From NCBI GenBank assembly GCA_964016885.1, contig OZ024743.1, positions 117,428,001-117,492,000 of the forward strand: DNA of 64,000 nucleotides, given 5' to 3'. Position 1 is the stretch's first letter; every line of letters starts with the position of its first letter. Made by a program: the position numbers and the translations under genes. This DNA comes from Eledone cirrhosa (lineage: Eukaryota). Below the pieces are notes generated by a model. The model was not told the origin of the DNA and made no database searches. It saw nothing but the letters and a program-made list of their open reading frames with translations. Shown piece after piece: positions 10,856 to 23,515 of this stretch.

Positions 10856-10928
10856 ATCCGGCTAGCTCAGTCGGTAGAGCAGGAGACACTTAATCTCAGA
10901 GTCCAGGGTTCGTGTCCAACGTTGGGTG
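10856..10928 (+). pseudogene. trnK-CTT: tRNA-Lys(CTT) pseudogene, unit 9
   Basis: T-arm CAGGG-TTCGTGT-CCAAC, only 2 of 5 pairs. Confidence 0.82.
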
Positions 10929-11323
10929 AAAATGGTATTGTTTCCATGATATGTTTTATAAAATTGACATTAATATTAATATTACGAAATAATTATATGG
11001 TACATTCATGTATCATGATCAATTGATATTCACCCTAAATATCTAATAGCAAAGCGAAAGTTTCAGTGAGTTTTCAAAGCATTCTTATATATTTATGAAA
11101 TTATTTTGCTATAGGTATGATATGAATTTACTAATATTAATTTTAGTATATAGAACATGCAACAGGAATAAGCAAGTTCAATTCAAATATTTATGTTTTA
11201 CATATAAATTACTCGTTTCTAAATCATAAATGATTATATTTCTCGAAGTATTTGTTTAATGTAAATATATTGTGGCGATACTGATGTAATTATGACGTCA
11301 AATAGAGAGTCACTAGCTGTACA

Positions 11324-11396
11324 GCCGAAATAGCTCAGTTGGGAGAGCGTTAGACTGAAGATCTAAAGGTCCCCTGTTCAATCCCGGGTTTCGGTA
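11324..11396 (+). tRNA. trnF-GAA: tRNA-Phe(GAA), unit 10
   Basis: C72T. Confidence 0.88.
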
Positions 11397-11702
11397 TGCA
11401 GACTTATTATTTTCTCAAATATTTCTAATGATTTTGATAGAGAACTATATATGATTTAAATAACAAATAATCGAATGGTTCCTTTGTCAGTCATCAAAAA
11501 GTCACTTTTATTTTAGTAGACACCAAATAATACCAACTATCAGCAAAACGTCATATAGTTCAGGTGTGTTTTTGAACATTTAGTTCCGATTCAATAAAAG
11601 AGGAATATTAGACGACAATATCAGGTATTCAGTTTATCAATTCAAATAATGTGTTGAACATTCTAAACGAAACCGTCTATATATGAATGTATAGTAAGAG
11701 CT

Positions 11703-11708
11703 GTCTCT

Positions 11709-11742
<34 letters not shown>

Positions 11743-11776
11743 TGAAAGGTTGGTGGTTCAAGTACACCCAGGGACG
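11703..11776 (+). tRNA. trnN-GTT: tRNA-Asn(GTT), unit 10
   Basis: C61A. Confidence 0.87.
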
Positions 11777-12115
11777 TAATAGTCTACTTTTGCTTTAGAA
11801 ACATTACTAAAAAATCTGTATATTTAGGTTTACAGCTTGCATTTAGAATTATTTGTAACACTAATACATGTTTCAATATATTAGCCTGGATAAAGATTAA
11901 TTTTGCTTTACGTTACCTAAACCATTTCATCTCTACTGGATTGTATTTCACCAAAAATCTTCATATTTCTACCTTAAACGAACACTGATCATCATCTGAT
12001 GGAACATATAAAGTGTATGTTATAAAAAAAATTCAAATGTTTTAACAATCTAAAGTAGATTATATTTATGTTTGTTTAAGTTCTTTCGTAAATATACATT
12101 CAGCACGCACCATTG

Positions 12116-12188
12116 ATCCGGCTAGCTCAGTCGGTAGAGCAGGAGACACTTAATCTCAGAGTCCAGGGTTCGTGTCCAACGTTGGGTG
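12116..12188 (+). pseudogene. trnK-CTT: tRNA-Lys(CTT) pseudogene, unit 10
   Basis: As unit 9. Confidence 0.82.
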
Positions 12189-12583
12189 AAAATGGTATTG
12201 TTTCCATGATATGTTTTATAAAATTGACATTAATATTAATATTACGAAATAATTATATGGTACATTCATGTATCATGATCAATTGATATTCACCCTAAAT
12301 ATCTAATAGCAAAGCGAAAGTTTCAGTGAGTTTTCAAAGCATTCTTATATATTTATGAAATTATTTTGCTATAGGTATGATATGAATTTACTAATATTAA
12401 TTTTAGTATATAGAACATGCAACAGGAATAAGCAAGTTCAATTCAAATATTTATGTTTTACATATAAATTACTCGTTTCTAAATCATAAATGATTATATT
12501 TCTCGAAGTATTTGTTTAATATAAATATATTGTGGCGATACTGATGTAATTATGACGTCAAATAGAGAGTCACTAGCTGTACA

Positions 12584-12656
12584 GCCGAAATAGCTCAGTT
12601 GGGAGAGCGTTAGACTGAAGATCTAAAGGTCCCCTGTTCAATCCCGGGTTTCGGCA
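12584..12656 (+). tRNA. trnF-GAA: tRNA-Phe(GAA), unit 11
   Basis: Array consensus. Confidence 0.92.
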
Positions 12657-12962
12657 TGCAGACTTATTATTTTCTCAAATATTTCTAATGATTTTGATAG
12701 AGAACTATATATGATTTAAATAACAAATAATCGAATGGTTCCTTTGTCAGTCATCAAAAAGTCACTTTTATTTTAGTAGACACCAAATAATACCAACTAT
12801 CAGCAAAACGTCATATAGTTCAGGTGTGTTTTTGAACATTTAGTTCCGATTCAATAAAAGAGGAATATTAGACGACAATATCAGCTATTCAGTTTATCAA
12901 TTCAAATAATGTGTTGAACATTCTAAACGAAACCGTCTATATATGAATGTATAGTAAGAGCT

Positions 12963-12968
12963 GTCTCT

Positions 12969-13002
<34 letters not shown>

Positions 13003-13036
13003 TGAAAGGTTGGTGGTTCAAGTCCACCCAGGGACG
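12963..13036 (+). tRNA. trnN-GTT: tRNA-Asn(GTT), unit 11
   Basis: Array consensus. Confidence 0.92.
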
Positions 13037-13374
13037 TAATAGTCTTCTTTTGCTTTAGAAACATTACTAAAAAATCTGTATATTTAGGTTTACAGCTTGC
13101 ATTCAGAATTATTTGTAACACTAATACATGTTTCAATATATTAGCGTGATAAAGATTAATTTTGCTTTACGTTACCTAAACCATTTCATCTCTACTGGAT
13201 TGTATTTCACCAAAAATCTTCATATTTCTATCTTAAACGAACACTGATCATCATCTGATGGAACATATAAAGTGTATGTTATAAAACAAATTCAAATGTT
13301 TTAACAATCTAAAGTAGATTATATTTATGTTTGTTTAAGTCATTTCGTAAATATACATTCAGCACGCACCATTG

Positions 13375-13447
13375 ATCCGGCTAGCCCAGTCGGTAGAGCA
13401 GGAGACACTTCATCTCAGAGTCCAGGGTTCGTGTCCAACGTTGGGTG
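13375..13447 (+). pseudogene. trnK-CTT: tRNA-Lys(CTT) pseudogene, unit 11
   Basis: Extra T12C, A37C. Confidence 0.8.
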
Positions 13448-13842
13448 AAAATGGTATTGTTTCCATGATATGTTTTATAAAATTGACATTAATATTAATA
13501 TTACGAAATAATTATATGGTACATTCATGTATCATGATCAATTGATATTCACCCTAAATATCTAATTGCAAAGCGAAATTTTCAGTGAGTTTTCAAAGCA
13601 TTCTTATATATTTATGAAATTATTTTGCTATAGGTATGATATGAATTTACTAATATTAATTTTAGTATATAGAACATGCAACAGGAATAAGCAAGTTCAA
13701 TTCAAATATTTATGTTTTACATATAAATTACTCGTTTCTAAATCATAAATGATTATATTTCTCGAAGTATTTGTTTAATATAAATATATTGTGGCGATAC
13801 TGATGTAATTATGACGTCAAATAGAGAGTCACTAGCTGTACA

Positions 13843-13915
13843 GCCGAAATAGCTCAGTTGGGAGAGCGTTAGACTGAAGATCTAAAGGTCCCCTTTTCAA
13901 TCCCGGGTTTCGGCA
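13843..13915 (+). tRNA. trnF-GAA: tRNA-Phe(GAA), unit 12, B box damaged
   Basis: G53T creates an internal TTTT. Confidence 0.75.
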
Positions 13916-14221
13916 TGCAGACTTATTATTTTCTCAAATATTTCTAATGATTTTGATAGAGAACTATATATGATTTAAAGAACAATTAATCGAATGGTTC
14001 ATTTGTCAGTCATCAAAAAGTCACTTTTATTTTAGTAGACACCAAATAATACCAACTATCAGCAAAACGTCATATAGTTCAGGTGTGTTTTTGAACATTT
14101 AGTTCCGATTCAATAAAAGAGGAATATTAGACGACAATATCAGCTATTCAGTTTATCAATTCAAATAATGTGTTGAACATTCTAAACGAAACCGTCTATA
14201 TATGAATGTAAAGTAAGAGCT

Positions 14222-14227
14222 GTCTCT

Positions 14228-14261
<34 letters not shown>

Positions 14262-14295
14262 TGAAAGGTTGGTGGTTCAAGTCCACCCAGGGACG
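14222..14295 (+). tRNA. trnN-GTT: tRNA-Asn(GTT), unit 12
   Basis: Array consensus. Confidence 0.92.
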
Positions 14296-14633
14296 TAATA
14301 GTCTACTTTTGCTTTAGAAACATTACTAAAAAATCTGTATATTTAGGTTTACAGCTTGCATTCAGAATTATTTGTAACACTAATACATGTTTCAATATAT
14401 TAGCCTGATAAAGATTAATTTTGCTTTACGTTACCTAAACCATTTCATCTCTACTGGATTGTATTTCACCAAAAATCTTCATATTTCTATCTTAAACGAA
14501 CACTGATCATCATCTGATGGAACATATAAAGTGTATGTTATAAAACAAATTCAAATGTTTTAACAATCTAAAGTAGATTATATTTATGTTTGTTTAAGTC
14601 ATTTCGTAAATATACATTCAGCACGCACCATTG

Positions 14634-14706
14634 ATCCGGCTAGCTCAGTCGGTAGAGCAGGAGACACTTAATCTCAGAGTCCAGGGTTCGTGTCCAACGT
14701 TGGGTG
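14634..14706 (+). pseudogene. trnK-CTT: tRNA-Lys(CTT) pseudogene, unit 12
   Basis: As unit 9. Confidence 0.82.
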
Positions 14707-15101
14707 AAAATGGTATTGTTTCCATGATATGTTTTATAAAATTGACATTAATATTAATATTACGAAATAATTATATGGTACATTCATGTATCATGATCAA
14801 TTGATATTCACCCTAAATATCTAATTGCAAAGCGAAATTTTCAGTGAGTTTTCAAAGCATTCTTATATATTTATGAAATTATTTTGCTATAGGTATGATA
14901 TGAATTTACTAATATTAATTTTAGTATATAGAACATGCAACAGGAATAAGCAAGTTCAATTCAAATATTTATGTTTTACAAAAATATTACTCGTTTCTAA
15001 ATCATAAATGATTATATTTCTCGATATATTTGTTTAATATAAATATATTGTGGCGATACTGATGTAATTATGACGTCAAATACAGAGTCACTGGCTGTAC
15101 A

Positions 15102-15174
15102 GCCAAAATAGCTCAGTTGGGAGAGCGTTAGACTGAAGATCTAAAGGTCCCCTGTTCAATCCCGGGTTTCGGCA
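15102..15174 (+). tRNA. trnF-GAA: tRNA-Phe(GAA), unit 13
   Basis: G4A. Confidence 0.88.
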
Positions 15175-15480
15175 TGCAGACGTATTATTTTCTCAAATAT
15201 TTCTAATGATTTTGATAGAGAACTATATATGATTTAAAGAACAATTAATCGAATGGTTCATTTGTCAGTCATCAAAAAGTCACTTTTATTTTAGTAGACA
15301 CCAAATAATACCAACTATCAGCAAAACGTCATATAGTTCAGGTGTGTTTTTGAACATTTAGTTCCGATTCAATAAAAGAGGAATATTAGACGACAATATC
15401 AGCTATTCAGTTTATCAATTCAAATAATGTGTTGAACATTCTAAACGAAACCGTCTATATATGAATGTATAGTAAGAGCT

Positions 15481-15486
15481 GTCTCT

Positions 15487-15520
<34 letters not shown>

Positions 15521-15554
15521 TGAAAGGTTGGTGGTTCAAGTCCACCCAGGGACG
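15481..15554 (+). tRNA. trnN-GTT: tRNA-Asn(GTT), unit 13
   Basis: Array consensus. Confidence 0.92.
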
Positions 15555-15892
15555 TAATAGTCTACTTTTGCTTTAGAAACATTACTAAAAAATCTGTATA
15601 TTTAGGTTTACAGCTTGCATTCAGAATTATTTGTAACACTAATACATGTTTCAATATATTAGCCTGATAAAGATTAATTTTGCTTTACGTTACCTAAACC
15701 ATTTCATCTCTACTGGATTGTATTTCACCAAAAATCTTCATATTTCTATCTTAAACGAACACTGATCATCATCTGATGGAACATATAAAGTGTATGTTAT
15801 AAAACAAATTCAAATGTTTTAACAATCTAAAGTAGATTATATTTATGTTTGTTTAAGTCATTTCGTAAATATACATTCAGCACGCACCATTG

Positions 15893-15965
15893 ATCCGGCT
15901 AGCTCAGTCGGTAGAGCAGGAGACACTTAATCTCAGAGTCCAGGGTTCGTGTCCAACGTTGGGTG
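15893..15965 (+). pseudogene. trnK-CTT: tRNA-Lys(CTT) pseudogene, unit 13
   Basis: As unit 9. Confidence 0.82.
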
Positions 15966-16360
15966 AAAATGGTATTGTTTCCATGATATGTTTTATAAAA
16001 TTGACATTAATATTAATATTACGAAATAATTATATGGTACATTCATGTATCATGATCAATTGATATTCACCCTAAATATCTAATTGCAAAGCGAAATTTT
16101 CAGTGAGTTTTCAAAGCATTCTTATATATTTATGAAATTATTTTGCTATAGGTATGATATGAATTTACTAATATTAATTTTAGTATATAGAACATGCAAC
16201 AGGAATAAGCAAGTTCAATTCAAATATTTATGTTTTACAAAAATATTACTCGTTTCTAAATCATAAATGATTATATTTCTCGATATATTTGTTTAATATA
16301 AATATATTGTGGCGATACTGATGTAATTATGACGTCAAATACAGAGTCACTGGCTGTACA

Positions 16361-16433
16361 GCCAAAATAGCTCAGTTGGGATAGCGTTAGACTGAAGATC
16401 TAAAGGTCCCCTGTTCAATCCCGGGTTTCGGCA
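16361..16433 (+). tRNA. trnF-GAA: tRNA-Phe(GAA), unit 14
   Basis: G4A, G22T. Confidence 0.85.
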
Positions 16434-16739
16434 TGCAGACGTATTATTTTCTCAAATATTTCTAATGATTTTGATAGAGAACTATATATGATTTAAAGAA
16501 CAATTAATCGAATGGTTCATTTGTCAGTCATCAAAAAGTCACTTTTATTTTAGTAGACACCAAATAATACCAACTATCAGCAAAACGTCATATAGTTCAG
16601 GTGTGTTTTTGAACATTTAGTTCCGATTCAATAAAAGAGGAATATTAGACGACAATATCAGCTATTCAGTTTATCAATTCAAATAATGTGTTGAACATTC
16701 TAAACGAAACCGTCTATATATGAATGTATAGTAGGAGCT

Positions 16740-16745
16740 GTCTCT

Positions 16746-16779
<34 letters not shown>

Positions 16780-16813
16780 TGAAAGGTTGGTGGTTCAAGT
16801 CCACCCAGGGACG
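16740..16813 (+). tRNA. trnN-GTT: tRNA-Asn(GTT), unit 14
   Basis: Array consensus. Confidence 0.92.
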
Positions 16814-17150
16814 TAATAGTCTACTTTTGCTTTAGAAACATTACTAAAAAATCTGTATATTTAGGTTTACAGCTTGCATTCAGAATTATTTGTAACACTA
16901 ATACATGTTTCAATATATTACCCTGATAAAGATTAATTTTGCTTTACGTTACCTAAACCATTTCATCTCTACTGGATTGTATTTCACCAAAAATCTTCAT
17001 ATTTCTATCTTAAACGAACACTGATCATCATCTGATGGAACATATAAAGTGTATGTTATAAAAAAATTCAAATGTTTTAACAATCTAAAGTAGATTATAT
17101 TTATGTTTGTTTAAGTCCTTTCGTAAATATACATTCAGCACGCACCATTG

Positions 17151-17223
17151 ATCCGGCTAGCTCAGTCGGTAGAGCAGGAGACACTTAATCTCAGAGTCCA
17201 GGGTTCGTGTCCAACGTTGGGTG
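17151..17223 (+). pseudogene. trnK-CTT: tRNA-Lys(CTT) pseudogene, unit 14
   Basis: As unit 9. Confidence 0.82.
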
Positions 17224-17618
17224 AAAATGGTATTGTTTCCATGATATGTTTTATAAAATTGACATTAATATTAATATTACGAAATAATTATATGGTACAT
17301 TCATGTATCATGATCAATTGATATTCACCCTAAATATCTAATTGCAAAGCGAAATTTTCAGTGAGTTTTCAAAGCATTCTTATATATTTATGAAATTATT
17401 TTGCTATAGGTATGATATGAATTTACTAATATTAATTTTAGTATATAGAACATGCAACAGGAATAAGCAAGTTCAATTCAAATATTTATGTTTTACAAAA
17501 ATATTACTCGTTTCTAAATCATAAATGATTATATTTCTCGATATATTTGTTTAATATAAATATATTGTGGCGATACTGATGTAATTATGACGTCAAATAC
17601 AGAGTCACTGGCTGTACA

Positions 17619-17691
17619 GCCAAAATAGCTCAGTTGGGAGAGCGTTAGACTGAAGATCTAAAGGTCCCCTGTTCAATCCCGGGTTTCGGCA
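17619..17691 (+). tRNA. trnF-GAA: tRNA-Phe(GAA), unit 15
   Basis: G4A. Confidence 0.88.
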
Positions 17692-17997
17692 TGCAGACGT
17701 ATTATTTTCTCAAATATTTTTAATGATTTTGATAGAGAACTATATATGATTTAAAGAACAATTAATCGAATGGTTCATTTGTCAGTCATCAAAAAGTCAC
17801 TTTTATTTTAGTAGACACCAAATAATACCAACTATCAGCAAAACGTCATATAGTTCAGGTGTGTTTTTGAACATTTAGTTCCGATTCAATAAAAGAGGAA
17901 TATTAGACGACAATATCAGCTATTCAGTTTATCAATTCAAATAATGTGTTGAACATTCTAAACGAAACCGTCTATATATGAATGTATAGTAAGAGCT

Positions 17998-18003
17998 GTC
18001 TCT

Positions 18004-18037
<34 letters not shown>

Positions 18038-18071
18038 TGAAAGGTTGGTGGTTCAAGTCCACCCAGGGACG
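17998..18071 (+). tRNA. trnN-GTT: tRNA-Asn(GTT), unit 15
   Basis: Array consensus. Confidence 0.92.
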
Positions 18072-18408
18072 TAATAGTCTACTTTTGCTTTAGAAACATT
18101 ACTAAAAAATCTGTATATTTAGGTTTACAGCTTGCATTCAGAATTATTTGTAACACTAATACATGTTTCAATATATTACCCTGATAAAGATTAATTTTGC
18201 TTTACGTTACCTAAACCATTTCATCTCTACTGGATTGTATTTCACCAAAAATCTTCATATTTCTATCTTAAACGAACACTGATCATCATCTGATGGAACA
18301 TATAAAGTGTATGTTATAAAAAAATTCAAATGTTTTAACAATCTAAAGTAGATTATATTTATGTTTGTTTAAGTCCTTTCGTAAATATACATTCAGCACG
18401 CACCATTG

Positions 18409-18481
18409 ATCCGGCTAGCTCAGTCGGTAGAGCAGGAGACACTTAATCTCAGAGTCCAGGGTTCGTGTCCAACGTTGGGTG
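18409..18481 (+). pseudogene. trnK-CTT: tRNA-Lys(CTT) pseudogene, unit 15
   Basis: As unit 9. Confidence 0.82.
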
Positions 18482-18876
18482 AAAATGGTATTGTTTCCAT
18501 GATATGTTTTATAAAATTGACATTAATATTAATATTACGAAATAATTATATGGTACATTCATGTATCATGATCAATTGATATTCACCCTAAATATCTAAT
18601 TGCAAAGCGAAATTTTCAGTGAGTTTTCAAAGCATTCTTATATATTTATGAAATTATTTTGGTATAGGTATGATATGAATTTACTAATATTAATTTTAGT
18701 ATATAGAACATGCAACAGGAATAAGCAAGTTCAATTCAAATATTTATGTTTTACATATAAATTACTCGTTTCTAAATCATAAATGATTATATTTCTCGAA
18801 GTATTTGTTTAATATAAATATATTGTGGCGATACTGATGTAATTATGACGTCAAATAGAGAGTCACTAGCTGTACA

Positions 18877-18949
18877 GCCGAAATAGCTCAGTTGGGAGAG
18901 CGTTAGACTGAAGATCTAAAGGTCCCCTGTTCAATCCCGGGTTTCGGCA
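18877..18949 (+). tRNA. trnF-GAA: tRNA-Phe(GAA), unit 16
   Basis: Array consensus. Confidence 0.92.
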
Positions 18950-19255
18950 TGCAGACTTATTATTTTCTCAAATATTTCTAATGATTTTGATAGAGAACTA
19001 TATATGATTTAAATAACAAATAATCGAATGGTTCCTTTGTCAGTCATCAAAAAGTCACTTTTATTTTAGTAGACACCAAATAATACCAACTATCAGCAAA
19101 ACGTCATATAGTTCAGGTGTGTTTTTGAACATTTTGTTCCGATTCAATAAAAGAGGAATATTAGACGACAATATCAGCTATTCAGTTTATCAATTCAAAT
19201 AATGTGTTGAACATTCTAAACGAAACCGTCTATATATGAATGTATAGTAAGAGCT

Positions 19256-19261
19256 GTCTCT

Positions 19262-19295
<34 letters not shown>

Positions 19296-19329
19296 TGAAA
19301 GGTTGGTGGTTCAAGTCCACCCAGGGACG
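19256..19329 (+). tRNA. trnN-GTT: tRNA-Asn(GTT), unit 16
   Basis: Array consensus. Confidence 0.92.
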
Positions 19330-19667
19330 TAATAGTCTTCTTTTGCTTTAGAAACATTACTAAAAAATCTGTATATTTAGGTTTACAGCTTGCATTCAGA
19401 ATTATTTGTAACACTAATACATGTTTCAATATATTAGCGTGATAAAGATTAATTTTGCTTTACGTTACCTAAACCATTTCATCTCTACTGGATTGTATTT
19501 CACCAAAAATCTTCATATTTCTATCTTAAACGAACACTGATCATCATCTGATGGAACATATAAAGTGTATGTTATAAAAAAAATTCAAATGTTTTAACAA
19601 TCTAAAGTAGATTATATTTATGTTTGTTTAAGTTCTTTCGTAAATATACATTCAGCACGCACCATTG

Positions 19668-19740
19668 ATCCGGCTAGCTCAGTCGGTAGAGCAGGAGACA
19701 CTTAATCTCAGAGTCCAGGGTTTGTGTCCAACGTTGGGTG
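19668..19740 (+). pseudogene. trnK-CTT: tRNA-Lys(CTT) pseudogene, unit 16
   Basis: Extra C56T. Confidence 0.8.
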
Positions 19741-20135
19741 AAAATGGTATTGTTTCCATGATATGTTTTATAAAATTGACATTAATATTAATATTACGAA
19801 ATAATTATATGGTACATTCATGTATCATGATCAATTGATATTCACCCTAAATATCTAATAGCAAAGCGAAATTTTCAGTGAGTTTTCAAAGCATTCTTAT
19901 ATATTTATGAAATTATTTTGCTATAGGTATGATATGAATTTACTAATATTAATTTTAGTATATAGAACATGCAACAGGAATAAGCAAGTTCAATTCAAAT
20001 ATTTATGTTTTACATATAAATTACTCGTTTCTAAATCATAAATGATTATATTTCTCGAAGTATTTGTTTAATATAAATATATTGTGGCGATACTGATGTA
20101 ATTATGACGTCAAATAGAGAGTCACTAGCTGTACA

Positions 20136-20208
20136 GCCGAAATAGCTCAGTTGGGAGAGCGTTAGACTGAAGATCTAAAGGTCCCCTGTTCAATCCCGGG
20201 TTTCGGCA
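20136..20208 (+). tRNA. trnF-GAA: tRNA-Phe(GAA), unit 17
   Basis: Array consensus. Confidence 0.92.
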
Positions 20209-20514
20209 TGCAGACTTATTATTTTCTCAAATATTTCTAATGATTTTGATAGAGAACTATATATGATTTAAATAACAAATAATCGAATGGTTCCTTTGTC
20301 AGTCATCAAAAAGTCACTTTTATTTTAGTAGACACCAAATAATACCAACTATCAGCAAAACGTCATATAGTTCAGGTGTGTTTTTGAACATTTAGTTCCG
20401 ATTCAATCAAAGAGGAATATTAGACGACAATATCAGGTATTCAGTTTATCAATTCAAATAATGTGTTGAACATTCTAAACGAAACCGTCTATATATGAAT
20501 GTATAGAAAGAGCT

Positions 20515-20520
20515 GTCTCT

Positions 20521-20554
<34 letters not shown>

Positions 20555-20588
20555 TGAAAGGTTGGTGGTTCAAGTCCACCCAGGGACG
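20515..20588 (+). tRNA. trnN-GTT: tRNA-Asn(GTT), unit 17
   Basis: Array consensus. Confidence 0.92.
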
Positions 20589-20926
20589 TAATAGTCTACT
20601 TTTGCTTTAGAAACATTACTAAAAAATCTGTATATTTAGGTTTACAGCTTGCATTCAGAATTATTTGTAACACTAATACATGTTTCAATATATTAGCCTG
20701 ATAAAGATTAATTTTGCTTTACGTTACCTAAACCATTTCATCTCTACTGGATTGTATTTCACCAAAAATCTTCATATTTCTATCTTAAACGAACACTGAT
20801 CATCATCTGATGGAACATATAAAGTGTATGTTATAAAACAAATTCAAATGTTTTAACAATCTAAAGTAGATTATATTTATGTTTGTTTAAGTCATTTCGT
20901 AAATATACATTCATCACGCACCATTG

Positions 20927-20999
20927 ATCCGGCTAGCTCAGTCGGTAGAGCAGGAGACACTTAATCTCAGAGTCCAGGGTTCGTGTCCAACGTTGGGTG
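20927..20999 (+). pseudogene. trnK-CTT: tRNA-Lys(CTT) pseudogene, unit 17
   Basis: As unit 9. Confidence 0.82.
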
Positions 21000-21393
21000 A
21001 AAATGGTATTGTTTCCATGATATGTTTTATAAAATTGACATTAATATTAATATTACGAAATAATTATATGGTACATTCATGTATCATGATCAATTGATAT
21101 TCACCCTAAATATCTAATTGCAAAGCGAAATTTTCAGTGAGCTTTCAAGCATTCTTATATATTTATGAAATTATTTTGCTATAGGTATGATATGAATTTA
21201 CTAATATTAATTTTAGTATATAGAACATGCAACAGGAATAAGCAAGTTCAATTCAAATATTTATGTTTTACAAAAATATTACTCGTTTCTAAATCATAAA
21301 TGATTATATTTCTCGAAGTATTTGTTTAATATAAATATATTGTGGCGATACTGATGTAATTATGACGTCAAATACAGAGTCACTGGCTGTACA

Positions 21394-21466
21394 GCCAAAA
21401 TAGCTCAGTTGGGAGAGCGTTAGACTGAAGATCTAAAGGTCCCCTGTTCAATCCCGGGTTTCGGCA
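21394..21466 (+). tRNA. trnF-GAA: tRNA-Phe(GAA), unit 18
   Basis: G4A. Confidence 0.88.
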
Positions 21467-21772
21467 TGCAGACTTATTATTTTCTCAAATATTTCTAATG
21501 ATTTTGATAGAGAACTATATATGATTTAAATAACAAATAATCGAATGGTTCCTTTGTCAGTCATCAAAAAGTCACTTTTATTTTAGTAGACACCAAATAA
21601 TACCAACTATCAGCAAAACGTCATATAGTTCAGGTGTGTTTTTGAACATTTTGTTCCGATTCAATAAAAGAGGAATATTAGACGACAATATCAGCTATTC
21701 AGTTTATCAATTCAAATAATGTGTTGAACATTCTAAACGAAACCGTCTATATATGAATGTATAGTAAGAGCT

Positions 21773-21778
21773 GTCTCT

Positions 21779-21812
<34 letters not shown>

Positions 21813-21846
21813 TGAAAGGTTGGTGGTTCAAGTCCACCCAGGGACG
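21773..21846 (+). tRNA. trnN-GTT: tRNA-Asn(GTT), unit 18
   Basis: Array consensus. Confidence 0.92.
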
Positions 21847-22184
21847 TAATAGTCTACTTTTGCTTTAGAAACATTACTAAAAAATCTGTATATTTAGGTT
21901 TACAGCTTGCATTCAGAATTATTTGTAACACTAATACATGTTTCAATATATTAGCCTGATAAAGATTAATTTTGCTTTACGTTACCTAAACCATTTCATC
22001 TCTACTGGATTGTATTTCACCAAAAATCTTCATATTTCTATCTTAAACGAACACTGATCATCATCTGATGGAACATATAAAGTGTATGTTATAAAACAAA
22101 TTCAAATGTTTTAACAATCTAAAGTAGATTATATTTATGTTTGTTTAAGTCATTTCGTAAATATACATTCAGCACGCACCATTG

Positions 22185-22257
22185 ATCCGGCTAGCTCAGT
22201 CGGTAGAGCAGGAGACACTTAATCTCAGAGTCCAGGGTTCGTGTCCAACGTTGGGTG
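22185..22257 (+). pseudogene. trnK-CTT: tRNA-Lys(CTT) pseudogene, unit 18
   Basis: As unit 9. Confidence 0.82.
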
Positions 22258-22652
22258 AAAATGGTATTGTTTCCATGATATGTTTTATAAAATTGACATT
22301 AATATTAATATTACGAAATAATTATATGGTACATTCATGTATCATGATCAATTGATATTCACCCTAAATATCTAATTGCAAAGCGAAATTTTCAGTGAGT
22401 TTTCAAAGCATTCTTATATATTTATGAAATTATTTTGCTATAGGTATGATATGAATTTACTAATATTAATTTTAGTATATAGAACTTGCAACAGGAATAA
22501 GCAAGTTCAATTCAAATATTTATGTTTTACATATAAATTACTCGTTTCTAAATCATAAATGATTATATTTCTCGAAGTATTTGTTTAATATAAATATATT
22601 GTGGCAATACTGATGTAATTATGACGTCAAATAGAGAGTCACTAGCTGTACA

Positions 22653-22725
22653 GCCGAAATAGCTCAGATGGGAGAGCGTTAGACTGAAGATCTAAAGGTC
22701 CCCTGTTCAATCCCGGGTTTCGGCA
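22653..22725 (+). tRNA. trnF-GAA: tRNA-Phe(GAA), unit 19
   Basis: T16A. Confidence 0.9.
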
Positions 22726-23031
22726 TGCAGACTTATTATTTTCTCAAATATTTCTAATGATTTTGATAGAGAACTATATATGATTTAAAGAACAATTAAT
22801 CGAATGGTTCATTTGTCAGTCATCAAAAAGTCACTTTTATTTTAGTAGACACCAAATAATACCAACTATCAGCAAAACGTCATATAGTTCAGGTGTGTTT
22901 TTGAACATTTAGTTCCGATTCAATAAAAGAGGAATATTAGACGACAATATCAGCTATTCAGTTTATCAATTCAAATAATGTGTTGAACATTCTAAACGAA
23001 ACCGTCTATATATGAATGTATAGTAAGAGCT

Positions 23032-23037
23032 GTCTCT

Positions 23038-23071
<34 letters not shown>

Positions 23072-23105
23072 TGAAAGGTTGGTGGTTCAAGTCCACCCAG
23101 GGACG
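23032..23105 (+). tRNA. trnN-GTT: tRNA-Asn(GTT), unit 19
   Basis: Array consensus. Confidence 0.92.
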
Positions 23106-23442
23106 TAATAGTCTTTTTTGCTTTAGAAACATTACTAGAAAATCTGTATATTTAGGTTTACAGCTTGCATTCAGAATTATTTGTAACACTAATACATGTT
23201 TCAATATATTAGCGTGATAAAGATTAATTTTGCTTTACGTTACCTAAACCATTTCATCTCTACTGGATTGTATTTCACCAAAAATCTTCATATTTCTATC
23301 TTAAACGAACACTGATCATCATCTGATGGAACATATAAAGTGTATGTTATAAAACAAATTCAAATGTTTTAACAATCTAAAGTAGATTATATTTATGTTT
23401 GTTTAAGTCATTTCGTAAATATACATTCAGCACGCACCATTG

Positions 23443-23515
23443 ATCCGGCTAGCCCAGTCGGTAGAGCAGGAGACACTTCATCTCAGAGTCCAGGGTTCGT
23501 GTCCAACGTTGGGTG
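23443..23515 (+). pseudogene. trnK-CTT: tRNA-Lys(CTT) pseudogene, unit 19
   Basis: Extra T12C, A37C. Confidence 0.8.

Noticed and set aside
12897-13136. 79-aa minus-strand ORF (three copies)
   Set aside because: It is the antisense reading of tRNA-Asn (SLGGLEPPTF..TAERANRLRHRD is typical tRNA antisense translation) and is open only where a SNP removes a stop.
13375-13447. psiLys variant CACTTCATC read as a new anticodon (TTC/TCA/CAT; suppressor or Met)
   Set aside because: Stem register keeps CTT at 34-36. The change is A37C in an already broken gene.
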